Shown here: in pieces, positions 17,844 through 26,968 of the stretch
Layout of the letters: every line of letters begins with the position of its first letter
How positions within the stretch are numbered: the first letter of the stretch is position 1
DNA from: Acaryochloris marina MBIC11017
Lineage (GTDB): Bacteria > Cyanobacteriota > Cyanobacteriia > Thermosynechococcales > Thermosynechococcaceae
DNA length: 32,000 nucleotides
Reading direction: 5' to 3'
Assembly: GCF_000018105.1 (NCBI RefSeq)
Contig: NC_009925.1
Location: 3,570,001-3,602,000 of the forward strand
The notes under the pieces: generated by a model
What the model was told of the DNA's origin: nothing
Database searches by the model: none
Seen by the model: only the letters and a program-made list of their open reading frames with translations
Made by a program: the position numbers and the translations under genes

Positions 17844-17915
17844 TCAGAGAACAGTCTCGGCACACAGCCGACCTAGCTTAACTTGATGACCCTGCATTTT
17901 ACTACTATCTTGCAT
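17844..17915 (-). CDS. Candidate small ORF (23 aa, MQDSSKMQGHQVKLGRLCAETVL)
   Basis: On the minus strand TAAGGAGGTGAT (17938..17927) is a perfect 12-nt complement of the 16S rRNA 3' tail. ATG at 17915 lies 8 nt after GGAGG. An alternative ATG at 17921 is too close. There is no homology evidence. Confidence 0.3.
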   Translation of the reverse strand: MQDSSKMQGHQVKLGRLCAETVL

Positions 17916-18030
17916 GGGCATCACCTCCTTAATCCCTGGACGGTTTATTCTTAAACACATCAAGTGTGGAATGCTCTAAAGATAGCACATCTATTCCAGA
18001 GTGCAACGGTCAAAGCCTTAAACGGATGGG

Positions 18031-19104
18031 TTAGGACGAAAATTGCAGCCAAGCTAAGCGAGTACCGGGATAAAAGTGAGCCAAAATTTGCTGGTAGTTG
18101 TATTGTCGTTGCGCCAATTGATTAGCACCGTTTTGGCTCATACCAAACCCTTTGTGGACTTCTCGCACGATTTGGTCCGAGGCGGCATATAGAGATTCCA
18201 CCACTGCACCGTTGTGGGAGAGAACAATGCCTGCTGTTTCTTCGACCGCAGCTAAGGTAGATCCTGTTTCAGTTTCGATGCCTTTATAAGCTTGCCATCG
18301 TTGAGTATCGCCTAGATCAAATAATGGATTAGCTGGACGCGCAATATGGGCTAAAGCATAGGAGCGGGCGGCAATTGCCTGGGATTTAAGAGCTTCTAGG
18401 GGCCATGAGGCTGGCATCTCTGAACCCACAACGCTATAGAGGTAGGACTCCATATCAAGGTGATTGACCCCTGTGAGTTTGCCGTTATTGGCTACCACCT
18501 GGACTGCGCCTCGATACCACCGGCCGGATACATAAACCAAACCCGTCGCCGATTCAGGCTTAATCCACACCACATTGGGGGCGCTCTGGGCACCGATCCG
18601 CAGCTGTCCGCCTTGGGCCATAAAGTTCTCTGCGGCGGAGGGCACGAGTTGTTTGACAGCCTGTCCTTGCTGATCCACCACTGTAGCGGGGGTGGAAGAG
18701 CCAATGACTAAGTAGGGGGATTGCTGTGCGATCGCAACTCGAATTGGAACTCGGGGAGAGTCTTGATCTGGTTTGGGGGGTAAAGCCAGTGCCTCAGCCT
18801 GAGTGGCCTGATAAGAAGAAGCCTGACTGGTTGGCTTTGAGAAAGGCACAGCAGGCTTGGTCTTCGTAGGAGCTGGGCGCTGGATATCCGAACCCGGTGT
18901 CGGTTGTGTCGGCACTAGAGTCGTTAACTCTGGTGCGGGAATAACGGGGGGTGAAGGTCTGACGGGCTGAACCCTGGATGTTGATTGGACTGTTATTTGA
19001 CGATCACAGCCACTGACAATGAGCCCTCCAAGACTGATGGTCAGCAATAGAACAGCACGAGAAATAGGGCTGAACCCAAAAATCTTTGATTGAGGGCAAA
19101 ACAT
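18031..19104 (-). CDS. SpoIID/LytB domain protein (lytic transglycosylase-like), lipoprotein-type leader
   Basis: The leader has the lipobox ...LIVSGC, followed by a Pro-rich linker. The C-terminal domain contains YLYSVVGSEMPASWPLEALKSQAIAARSYAL, typical of SpoIID amidase-enhancer domains. Confidence 0.75.
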   Translation of the reverse strand: MFCPQSKIFGFSPISRAVLLLTISLGGLIVSGCDRQITVQSTSRVQPVRPSPPVIPAPELTTLVPTQPTPGSDIQRPAPTKTKPAVPFSKPTSQASSYQATQAEALALPPKPDQDSPRVPIRVAIAQQSPYLVIGSSTPATVVDQQGQAVKQLVPSAAENFMAQGGQLRIGAQSAPNVVWIKPESATGLVYVSGRWYRGAVQVVANNGKLTGVNHLDMESYLYSVVGSEMPASWPLEALKSQAIAARSYALAHIARPANPLFDLGDTQRWQAYKGIETETGSTLAAVEETAGIVLSHNGAVVESLYAASDQIVREVHKGFGMSQNGANQLAQRQYNYQQILAHFYPGTRLAWLQFSS

Positions 19105-19547
19105 ATCGATAGAGATTAAAGATATTCAAAATAAGTCTGTTATCTTCTTTATTCTATCGGTTGACGCCCATATCATGATTTTATACAGCAAACTAGAAAA
19201 GAAGAAGAGGCAGACCCCCTTTTAAAGTGCCCGTTTATATTCCTGAACAGGGCAATCGCTTCTTCCTGATAATTGGATATACCAATGCATAAAAGCAGAT
19301 TATTTGTCGACCAAAAATATTAAAAAAATAAGTAAATATTGCGCGATATTGTCTTTGGAAATACAAGAAAAGCGTTATACAGCCTTAATCTGCAAAGCTT
19401 TATATCGATATCTCATCAATTGTAAAGAACCACACCAATAATGAGACTCACAGGAGGACAATGAGAGTAATAAAAGAATTTTAGTTAAATTCCTTTATTT
19501 TTCAGTTCAGTTCTTAACTGATCCCCTGTGTTTCCAGATTGAGCCTC

Positions 19548-20078
19548 ATGAATAAGTATTGGTTTGATATCTCTAAATCCTCACTTCAGAAGAGCAAACG
19601 GTATACAAGACTACCGATGTATCTTTTCAGTGGTGTGGTCTTGGCGCATGTATGGGGTGTTACATCCCTCTGTGCCAATGCTCAATCCACCCTAAAGGGG
19701 ATCGAACCGGTAAAGGATATGAATTCCAATACGGCTGTGGCGGTTTCCTTGCCCCAGCCTCCTCTCCAGGATGGCGTTCATCTATTTGGGCGATCCCAAG
19801 AACCCGGACAGCTACAAACTGAATACTTGATTTTTAAAATGAAGCGCAATCGGGTGATCGGGGCTTTCTTTATGCCATCGTCTTCCTTTGATTGCTTTGC
19901 GGGGCATTTGAAAGGTGGGAACTTAAACCTATCGGTGGTCGAAAGCTATGAGCAGGAGACCTATGAGCATAGCGTCACCTTAAATCAGTATTACGCCATC
20001 AAACAGATCAACAACAACGACATGCGCATTCTTGATGTTTGTGCAGTTCATTCAGGCCACACTGCTCAAGAGCCATGA
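19548..20078 (+). CDS. Hypothetical secreted protein
   Basis: ORF with ATG at 19548 (the ORF track starts at TTG 19539). A hydrophobic leader ends ...SLCANAQS. I recognise no family. Confidence 0.5.
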   Translation: MNKYWFDISKSSLQKSKRYTRLPMYLFSGVVLAHVWGVTSLCANAQSTLKGIEPVKDMNSNTAVAVSLPQPPLQDGVHLFGRSQEPGQLQTEYLIFKMKRNRVIGAFFMPSSSFDCFAGHLKGGNLNLSVVESYEQETYEHSVTLNQYYAIKQINNNDMRILDVCAVHSGHTAQEP

Positions 20079-20082
20079 TTGA

Positions 20083-20724
20083 CTAGCGTAGCGCTAAGGT
20101 CTCATCTAAGGTTAAATCGAGATCTTGTTTGGCATCGATAACGACCACTTCTACTTTTTCGCGCCGACCTAACAACCAGCCCCCTAATGCACCTGCACCT
20201 GCACCGCCTAGAACTTCTAGGACGCCTGCATCGCCAAAGATTTCAGCCAAGACTCCGGCGGCGGCACCGCCCACCAGTGCCCCTTGCCAAATGCGGTCGT
20301 TATTGCCTTTTCGGATTTCTTCTCTGCGAGTAATCACATCAGACGTAGCGTCGATGTCCTGCCGTTCGCGGTTGGTCAAGATGAGAGTATTGGCAACAAA
20401 CTGAGATCCGTCGCCACTGGGCTCGAGTTGCCCTGCAATGCGGCTGCCTCGGGGAATCAAGATCGTGCCTCGGGAGTTACGGACATTCTCAACCACTGTC
20501 AATGTCACGGGCAATGTTTCATCGGGCTTGAGAATAATTCGTTCAGCCCCTTGGTAAGCTGCTGGAATCACAGTACCGGATCTGAGGGCCACTCGGCTAG
20601 AACGAGGAAAACTCTGAGCTTGAACAGGCAGAGCTTGCATCAGAGGTGCAACACCAGCACTACAAATCCCCAACGCCAATAGCGCTGCTAACCCGGCTTG
20701 AGAAGTTGGTCGATGAATAGTCAT
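20083..20724 (-). CDS. Secreted protein with a TrbI/VirB10-like beta-barrel segment and a C-terminal glycine zipper
   Basis: ATG at 20724 has GAGGA 7 nt upstream. The signal peptide ends ...ALPVQAQS. LRSGTVIPAAY...GTILIPRGSRIAGQ...FVANTLILTN...IDATS parallels the TrbI/VirB10 motif (.aGt.IpA....g..lIPkGSrl.G.y). The tail GALVGGAAAGVLAEIFGDAGVLEVLGGAGAGALGGWLLG is glycine-zipper-like. Confidence 0.45.
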   Translation of the reverse strand: MTIHRPTSQAGLAALLALGICSAGVAPLMQALPVQAQSFPRSSRVALRSGTVIPAAYQGAERIILKPDETLPVTLTVVENVRNSRGTILIPRGSRIAGQLEPSGDGSQFVANTLILTNRERQDIDATSDVITRREEIRKGNNDRIWQGALVGGAAAGVLAEIFGDAGVLEVLGGAGAGALGGWLLGRREKVEVVVIDAKQDLDLTLDETLALR

Positions 20725-20818
20725 GGGATTGTCCTCGCATGAAATATGTTGCACTTTGTCCTTGCATATTCTGAAAGACAACGGGGCGGCGAGGAATGTT
20801 CCTGACGGTTAAGGGAAA

Positions 20819-21283
20819 TTATGGTGACTCAGACTGGGCATAATATTGCTCTGCGACTTGTTTAAGGCGCTGTAGCTGACTCTGCATATCTCGACGAGTC
20901 AGTTTCGCCGCAAAGGTCTGAAAACCAAAGGCAACAACCGGATTCTCCATCCGGAACTCAAACCGATTAATCAAGCGAGTGCCACCAATCTCGGGTTGGC
21001 ATTGCCAGCGATCTCGCCCTTGGAAAAAACCATCAAATGCCCAAACCACAAGTCCTTCTTGCCGTTCAATTACGCGACTCTGTAACGTAGGGTTAAGCAG
21101 CGGGATCCGAATCATAAAACGAGTTTGGCTACCGATCTGTGAACTCCATTCTCCTACGGGTTCACACTTTAAGAGAGGATTGAGCCAACGGTGCATCAGC
21201 TCTTGGTCGGTAATGGTTTGATCGACGATAGCAATCGGGGCATCGATGTAGACAGATTGCTCAAAGGTGGTTGTGTCTGCCAT
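20819..21283 (-). CDS. SRPBCC (START/polyketide cyclase-like) superfamily protein
   Basis: About 154 aa from ATG 21283 (MADTTTFEQSVYIDAPIAIV...). The pattern ...V.I.AP...V......D...W..W.. and the size fit SRPBCC proteins. The upstream TTG at 21340 is less likely. Confidence 0.55.
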   Translation of the reverse strand: MADTTTFEQSVYIDAPIAIVDQTITDQELMHRWLNPLLKCEPVGEWSSQIGSQTRFMIRIPLLNPTLQSRVIERQEGLVVWAFDGFFQGRDRWQCQPEIGGTRLINRFEFRMENPVVAFGFQTFAAKLTRRDMQSQLQRLKQVAEQYYAQSESP

Positions 21284-21546
21284 ATTCAGTAGAAAAACGG
21301 TTGGCAATTGCTGAATCAAACACGATGGTAAAACAAGCAAACGATTGTCAGTGCTGCATTGTGCAACAGCCTTGGCAATCTCACTTTAAGATATGAAGCG
21401 CCGATTGGGTACTGAACTCTCTTGAGTTTCATCCATCTGAGGTTTGTTGACCAGACATGAACGCCACCTGATGGGCTTTAGATTGGCCATTATCCTCCAA
21501 ACTATTGTTCTAGCCGTGAAATCGCTATTCATCATAGGAGACAGTT

Positions 21547-22839
21547 TTGAACTTCTCACGACGCCATTTCCTCTCCATTGCCGGAGCCAGCTTAACGGGG
21601 ACCATCATCAGTGCTCCGCTATCGCGCCTGTTTACGAGAGCGGCTAAGGGGCTATCGATTCAATCAGAAGGCTATGGTCCGCTGATTCCCGATCCCTATG
21701 GACTCTTAGATTTGCCCCGTGGATTTCAGTATCGGGCGTTTTCCCATACGGGAGAGCAGATGAGCGATGGTTTTCCGGTGCCTGGAAAACATGATGGGAT
21801 GGCAGCCTTTTCGGGGCCTAATCAGACGACCATTCTGATTCGGAACCATGAATTAAGTCCGAACCAGTCGCCTTCGGTGCAGGGGGGCAATGCCTATGAT
21901 CCTCAATGTACGGGGGGGACAACGACGTTGGTGCTGAATGCTCAGCGCCAGTTAATTCGGCATTATGCTTCTTTGACAGGGACCTATCGTAATTGTGCGG
22001 GGGGACCAACTCCTTGGGGATCGTGGATTAGTTGTGAAGAGAATACGTCCACGCCCGAGAGTGATCCGGAGGTGAGTAAACGGCATGGGTATAACTTCGA
22101 AGTGCCGATGCAGGCAACCGGACCCGTGGAACCCAAGCCTCTTGTCGCAATGGGACGTTTTAACCATGAAGCGGTTGCGGTCGACCCCGATAGCAATATT
22201 GTCTACCAGACGGAAGATCGTGGGGATGGGCTGTTCTATCGTTTTCGTCCTCAGCAGCCGCAAAATTTACAGGCTGGAGGAGTGCTCGAAGCCTTAAAAA
22301 TTAAAGGGCAACCTCAACTCAATACCAAACAGGATATTCCCGTCGGCCAACCCTTACCTGTGGAATGGGTGCGTATCGACAATCCTGATCCGGTCACAGA
22401 TACCGTTCGAGCGGAGGGATATGCCAAAGGGGCTGCGCTATTTAGTCGTGGGGAAGGTATTTGCCTGGGTAAAGGCGAGGTTCTGTTCTGTTGTACAAGC
22501 GGTGGCGTTGCTAGCCTCGGCCAAGTCTGGCGGTATACCCCTAACGATAAGGACGGCGGTACTTTGACTTTATTTGTTGAACCCAATAATCCAGGGGTAT
22601 TGGACTATCCTGACAATTTAACCATGGCTCCCTTTGGCGATCTTTTCCTGTGTGAGGACGGACGAGGTGAACAATTTATTCGGGGTATTAATCAGCAGGG
22701 ACAACTCTATTCGTTTGCCCGTAATGCTTTAAATGATAAAGAGTTAGCGGGTGCCTGTTTTTCGACTAATCCCTTAACGTTATTTGTGAATATCCAAACG
22801 CCTGGCATCACCTTTGCCATTTGGGGACCTTTTGTCTAG
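21547..22839 (+). CDS. Tat-exported DUF839 / PhoX-like phosphatase family protein
   Basis: TTG start with AGGAGA 6 nt upstream. Twin-arginine leader MNFSRRHFLSIAGASL. YRNCAGGPTPWGSWISCEEN is the DUF839/PhoX hallmark as I know it. Confidence 0.7.
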   Translation: MNFSRRHFLSIAGASLTGTIISAPLSRLFTRAAKGLSIQSEGYGPLIPDPYGLLDLPRGFQYRAFSHTGEQMSDGFPVPGKHDGMAAFSGPNQTTILIRNHELSPNQSPSVQGGNAYDPQCTGGTTTLVLNAQRQLIRHYASLTGTYRNCAGGPTPWGSWISCEENTSTPESDPEVSKRHGYNFEVPMQATGPVEPKPLVAMGRFNHEAVAVDPDSNIVYQTEDRGDGLFYRFRPQQPQNLQAGGVLEALKIKGQPQLNTKQDIPVGQPLPVEWVRIDNPDPVTDTVRAEGYAKGAALFSRGEGICLGKGEVLFCCTSGGVASLGQVWRYTPNDKDGGTLTLFVEPNNPGVLDYPDNLTMAPFGDLFLCEDGRGEQFIRGINQQGQLYSFARNALNDKELAGACFSTNPLTLFVNIQTPGITFAIWGPFV

Positions 22840-23202
22840 TTTTGTCCAAACATAGAATTCAAACTTTGGGTGTGATGAAAACAATTTGGCTGAATAAATA
22901 TAAACTAGTGGAGAAAAAAGATCACATCGAAGGTTAAAAGTTAGCAATATTGGGTGAAGATGGTGCGAAACATGTGCCCTTCTGGGCTGGGTAAAACAGC
23001 TTCATATTGCTCGTATAGCGGTCTGGATATTGATTACTAGGGTTGTCAGAGCCTTATATCTTCAAGAGTTACTATCAGCCTATGTTATATCCACGATATA
23101 GATATGAATAAATCTGTACTACCATCCCTCACTTTATGCGCCTAAGTTTGAGAACACGAAATGCATTAACGATGCTTTTTTTGCCCTAGTCCCATTGACT
23201 GC

Positions 23203-24087
23203 ATGGATTCAGAAACCAATTTTTCTACGCTACAACTGACCTGCCCCATTTGCGATCAAAGCAGTGTGCGTTTATTTCGCAAGAATAGTTATTGGATACG
23301 AGAATGCGATCGCTGTCATCACCAATTTTCAGAACAACAACCGACCGCCAAAAGCGTTAGCCAGATCTATGATGGCCAATATTTTCAGGGAGATGGCCCA
23401 GGCTATATCGATTACTTAGCAGAAGCTGAATTGTTGCAACAACTCGGCCAATATTATGCTGAGCGATTAGCTTATTATGTGCTGCCGGGTTCTGTTTTAG
23501 ATGTCGGTGCAGCGGCGGGTTTTATCCTCCAAGGACTGATGACAGCTGGATGGCGGGGAGAAGGGTTAGAGCCCAATCCACGCCTTGCTGAATTTGGTCA
23601 ACAGCAGTTGGACTTGAACATGACCGTGGGCACCCTTGAAAATTATCCCACCCAAAATCGTTTTGATCTGGTGATGATGGTGCAAGTGATCCAACATTTT
23701 TACAATTTGAAACTAGCGCTACATACGGCCAGCATGGTGACCAAACCGGGTGGATTTTGGCTGATTGAAACCTGGGATCGATCGAGTGTTCTGGCGCGGA
23801 TGCGGGGGCAGAATTGGCATGCTTATACCCCTCCGAGCCGTTCCCATTGGTTTTCGCCACCAGGTTTAGAACGTCTGGTTGCCCAATATGGGTTTCAGGA
23901 AGTGGCGCGGGGCAGCCCTAGTAAGTGGATGAATGGTCAGTATCGGAAATCGGTATTGCGATACCAACTGATGGATAAGGCTTGGGGAAAGACTTTAGCT
24001 CAAGGCTTGAATTGGATGCCTGACCAAATCAAAACCCCTTATATCGGCGGTGATATCTTTTGGGGCCTCTATCAAAAGGCTGTTTAG
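23203..24087 (+). CDS. Class I SAM-dependent methyltransferase with an N-terminal CxxC...CxxC zinc ribbon
   Basis: CPICDQ...CDRCHH zinc-ribbon pattern, then motif I VLDVGAAAGFILQGL and a post-I acidic residue. 294 aa. Confidence 0.7.
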   Translation: MDSETNFSTLQLTCPICDQSSVRLFRKNSYWIRECDRCHHQFSEQQPTAKSVSQIYDGQYFQGDGPGYIDYLAEAELLQQLGQYYAERLAYYVLPGSVLDVGAAAGFILQGLMTAGWRGEGLEPNPRLAEFGQQQLDLNMTVGTLENYPTQNRFDLVMMVQVIQHFYNLKLALHTASMVTKPGGFWLIETWDRSSVLARMRGQNWHAYTPPSRSHWFSPPGLERLVAQYGFQEVARGSPSKWMNGQYRKSVLRYQLMDKAWGKTLAQGLNWMPDQIKTPYIGGDIFWGLYQKAV

Positions 24088-24205
24088 GGTGGGCTGTGGG
24101 GTTGGTTCTTTGCAGAATTGCCAAGGGCAACGATGGTCATTCTGCACTTTGGTATGGTGCACAATAAAGTGATGCGTGCCCAATTAAATTTCGTTTGAGG
24201 TGTTC

Positions 24206-25276
24206 ATGGCCACTGATAATTCCACTAACTCTGAGAAAGACAAAGCCCTAGGCGTCGTCCTGAATCAAATCGAACGCACCTTTGGTAAAGGATCGATTAT
24301 GCGTTTGGGTGATGCCACCCAGATGAAAGTGGAGACGATTTCGAGTGGTGCTTTAACCCTGGATTTGGCTTTAGGGGGCGGCTTGCCCAAAGGTCGGGTG
24401 ATTGAGATTTATGGCCCTGAAAGTTCCGGTAAAACAACCTTGGCGTTGCATGCGATCGCAGAAGTGCAGCGATCTGGCGGTATTGCTGCCTTTGTGGATG
24501 CTGAACATGCCCTTGACCCCACCTATGCCTCAGCCCTAGGCGTCGATACGGAAAATCTGCTGGTGGCTCAACCTGATACCGGGGAATCGGCCTTAGAAAT
24601 TGTCGATCAGCTGGTCCGCTCTACCGCCGTTGATATTGTGGTGATTGACTCCGTTGCGGCCCTCGTGCCTCGTGCTGAAATTGAGGGGGATATGGGCGAT
24701 TCCCATATGGGACTGCAGGCTCGCCTGATGAGTCAGGCCCTACGGAAAATTACTGGCAATATTGGTCGCACCGGCTGCACCGTGGTGTTTCTCAACCAGC
24801 TACGCCAAAAAATTGGCGTGACCTATGGTAATCCGGAAGTGACTACGGGCGGGAATGCTCTCAAGTTCTATGCTTCAGTGCGCTTAGATATTCGTCGTAT
24901 CCAGACCTTGAAAAAAGGCACTGAAGAATTTGGGATTCGAGCTAAGGTCAAAGTGGTCAAAAATAAAGTGGCTCCTCCGTTTCGGATTGGAGAATTTGAC
25001 ATTATTTTTGGTCAAGGTATCTCTACCCTGGGTTGTCTGTTAGATATGGCGGAAGAAACCGACATTCTGGTCCGCAAAGGGGCTTGGTATAGCTACAACG
25101 GCGAAAATATTGGCCAAGGTCGCGACAATACAGTTCGCTATATGAAGGATAATCCTGAGTTTACGGAGTCCCTGACCCAGCAGGTGAGAGCCAAGCTAGA
25201 TACGGGGGCGGAAGTGTCAGCCAATACCGTTGCCTCTACTAAAAAAGGGAAAAAAGCAAAAGAGAAATCGGAGTAA
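24206..25276 (+). CDS. recA: Recombinase RecA
   Basis: [24 protein letters not shown], Walker [10 protein letters not shown] and the L1/L2 regions are unmistakably RecA. ATG 24206 is preferred over GTG 24200. Confidence 0.97.
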   Translation: MATDNSTNSEKDKALGVVLNQIERTFGKGSIMRLGDATQMKVETISSGALTLDLALGGGLPKGRVIEIYGPESSGKTTLALHAIAEVQRSGGIAAFVDAEHALDPTYASALGVDTENLLVAQPDTGESALEIVDQLVRSTAVDIVVIDSVAALVPRAEIEGDMGDSHMGLQARLMSQALRKITGNIGRTGCTVVFLNQLRQKIGVTYGNPEVTTGGNALKFYASVRLDIRRIQTLKKGTEEFGIRAKVKVVKNKVAPPFRIGEFDIIFGQGISTLGCLLDMAEETDILVRKGAWYSYNGENIGQGRDNTVRYMKDNPEFTESLTQQVRAKLDTGAEVSANTVASTKKGKKAKEKSE

Positions 25277-25325
25277 GTCCGTTGATCTTGAGGAGAAGGT
25301 GATTGCAGAGGCAGTGAGTTGGATA

Positions 25326-26879
25326 TTATCCGTCAATTCTCTGGGCACCCGGCTGACCATTCTTAATCTGATAGGACGCCAATGTGCGCACGGGGGCGCC
25401 TGGCTTCTCGACCTGATCCACCACCCGCAACTGTGCGGTCCATTGCTGGGGTGTGACCTCACAAACTACATATCCTCGATACCGACTTTCAAAGAACTTA
25501 ATGTGGGGGTTCACTTTTAAGGCCAAGGTAAATAGGTCAGGATTGGGGCCACGGGAGCTGATCGACGTGCCGACAATCTCCGTTGCAACCACGGGGGATT
25601 GTGGATCTTGAAAATCGGATTTTAAGTCGGTGACCCAAAACGAGTGAATATCGCCACCAATGACGACGGGGTTTTTAGGTTGATGTTGGGTGATAGATTC
25701 GAGGATGCGATCGCGGGTGGCAGCATAGCCATCCCAACCATCGGTCCAATATCCAGCCAGTGGTCCGATGCCTTGTTTTAGCTCGGCCATCAGCATTGGC
25801 TGAGCAATGACCGTCCAGCTCGTAGATGCATTTTTTAAGCCATCTAAAAGCCATCGTTCTTGCTCGAAACCCAGCAGCGATCGCTTTGGATCCAGGCGCT
25901 CGTCACAATTGAAGGCAACTTGCCCACCCCCTTTGCCGTTTTGATCACAGGCTTGATCATCTCGATATTGGCGAGTGTCTAAACAATGGAATTCAGCTAA
26001 ATTCCCAAAGCAAAACCGTCGATAGAGCTGTAAGTGATCCCCTTGGGGTTGGGAGGTAGGGCGTAGGGGTAGATGCTCATAATAGGCTTGATAAGCAGCT
26101 TGCCGACGCCGTCGGAACATAGCTGGCTCCTCAAAGCCTTGGGACTCGTCATTGGCATAATCATTCTCGACTTCATGGTCATCCCAAATACAGATAAAAG
26201 GAAATGCTGCATGGGCTGCTTGCAAGTGCGGATCGCTCTTGTACAGCGCATAGCGCCAACGATACCCCTTGAGGTCGATGGGATTAGGGCCGACATGTTG
26301 GCGAGGCCGCCCAGATTTTGGCTTCCCTTCGTAGATGTAGTCTCCCAAATGAAACACTAAATCCAACTCTTCTTGAGCTAAGTGTTCATAGGCCGTGTAA
26401 TGGCCATATTCATAGTGCTGACAAGACACATAGGCAAATTTGAGGTGCTCAGCCTCAGATTCCGAAGCAGGCATAGTGCGGGTCCGACCAATGGGACTGA
26501 TTTCATCTCCGGCTTGAAATCGATACCAATACCATTGTCCTGGCGATAAGTTGTCCACCACGACATGTACTGAATGGCCCCATTGGGGAAGGGCTTGGAC
26601 CGTTCCTTGTTGAACTACCTCGGTTATCTGGGCATCCGTTGCAATTTGCCACTGAATAGGAATAGCAACAGCAGGCATGGGTTGACCTGATAAGGGCTCA
26701 GGAGCCAGCCGGGTCCACAACACGACGCTATTGGACTCTGGGTCCCCCGAAGCGACCCCCAAGCTAAACGGGTAGGCCGAAAATTTGGGCTGTGCGAGTA
26801 GGGGTATCTGGTGGTTAGACCACAGAACCCACCCCATGGCGCTACCAGCGGTCAATAAGAATTGCCTGCGGTTCAACAT
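25326..26879 (-). CDS. phoD: Tat-exported alkaline phosphatase D
   Basis: Twin-arginine leader MLNRRQFLLTAGSAMG. PhoD-type metallophosphatase motifs FHLGDYIYE and WDDHEVENDY. 517 aa. Confidence 0.85.
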   Translation of the reverse strand: MLNRRQFLLTAGSAMGWVLWSNHQIPLLAQPKFSAYPFSLGVASGDPESNSVVLWTRLAPEPLSGQPMPAVAIPIQWQIATDAQITEVVQQGTVQALPQWGHSVHVVVDNLSPGQWYWYRFQAGDEISPIGRTRTMPASESEAEHLKFAYVSCQHYEYGHYTAYEHLAQEELDLVFHLGDYIYEGKPKSGRPRQHVGPNPIDLKGYRWRYALYKSDPHLQAAHAAFPFICIWDDHEVENDYANDESQGFEEPAMFRRRRQAAYQAYYEHLPLRPTSQPQGDHLQLYRRFCFGNLAEFHCLDTRQYRDDQACDQNGKGGGQVAFNCDERLDPKRSLLGFEQERWLLDGLKNASTSWTVIAQPMLMAELKQGIGPLAGYWTDGWDGYAATRDRILESITQHQPKNPVVIGGDIHSFWVTDLKSDFQDPQSPVVATEIVGTSISSRGPNPDLFTLALKVNPHIKFFESRYRGYVVCEVTPQQWTAQLRVVDQVEKPGAPVRTLASYQIKNGQPGAQRIDG

Positions 26880-26968
26880 ATTTATGTCTGGTAAAGATGA
26901 GAAGTTTGACTATCTATACCTTGATGCAATTTAGAGGCCTAGGTTTCTGGAATTCAACCTCAATCCAG

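Noticed and set aside
17927-17938. Plus-strand ATCACCTCCTTA as a fragment of a 16S rRNA gene 3' end
   Set aside because: Only about 12 nt match. The upstream sequence (..TGCATGGGC) does not continue the conserved 16S 3' region, and no other rRNA sequence is nearby. It is better read as a Shine-Dalgarno sequence on the minus strand.
21341-21546. Pho boxes upstream of the PhoX-like gene (TTTAGATT / CATTATCC / AAACTATT), and similarly upstream of phoD (26880-27000)
   Set aside because: The units match the PyTTAAPyPy(T/A) consensus poorly and their spacing is 12 rather than 11 nt. This does not exceed chance.
21444-21647. 67-aa ORF overlapping the start of the PhoX-like gene, and the other short ORFs listed inside the large genes
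   Set aside because: They overlap strongly supported genes in other frames and have no independent signals.
24088-24205. LexA/SOS box upstream of recA
   Set aside because: I found no RGTAC-N-GTWC-type cyanobacterial LexA box. There is only a trivial 5-bp inverted repeat (TGCAC..GTGCA), which is too short to call.
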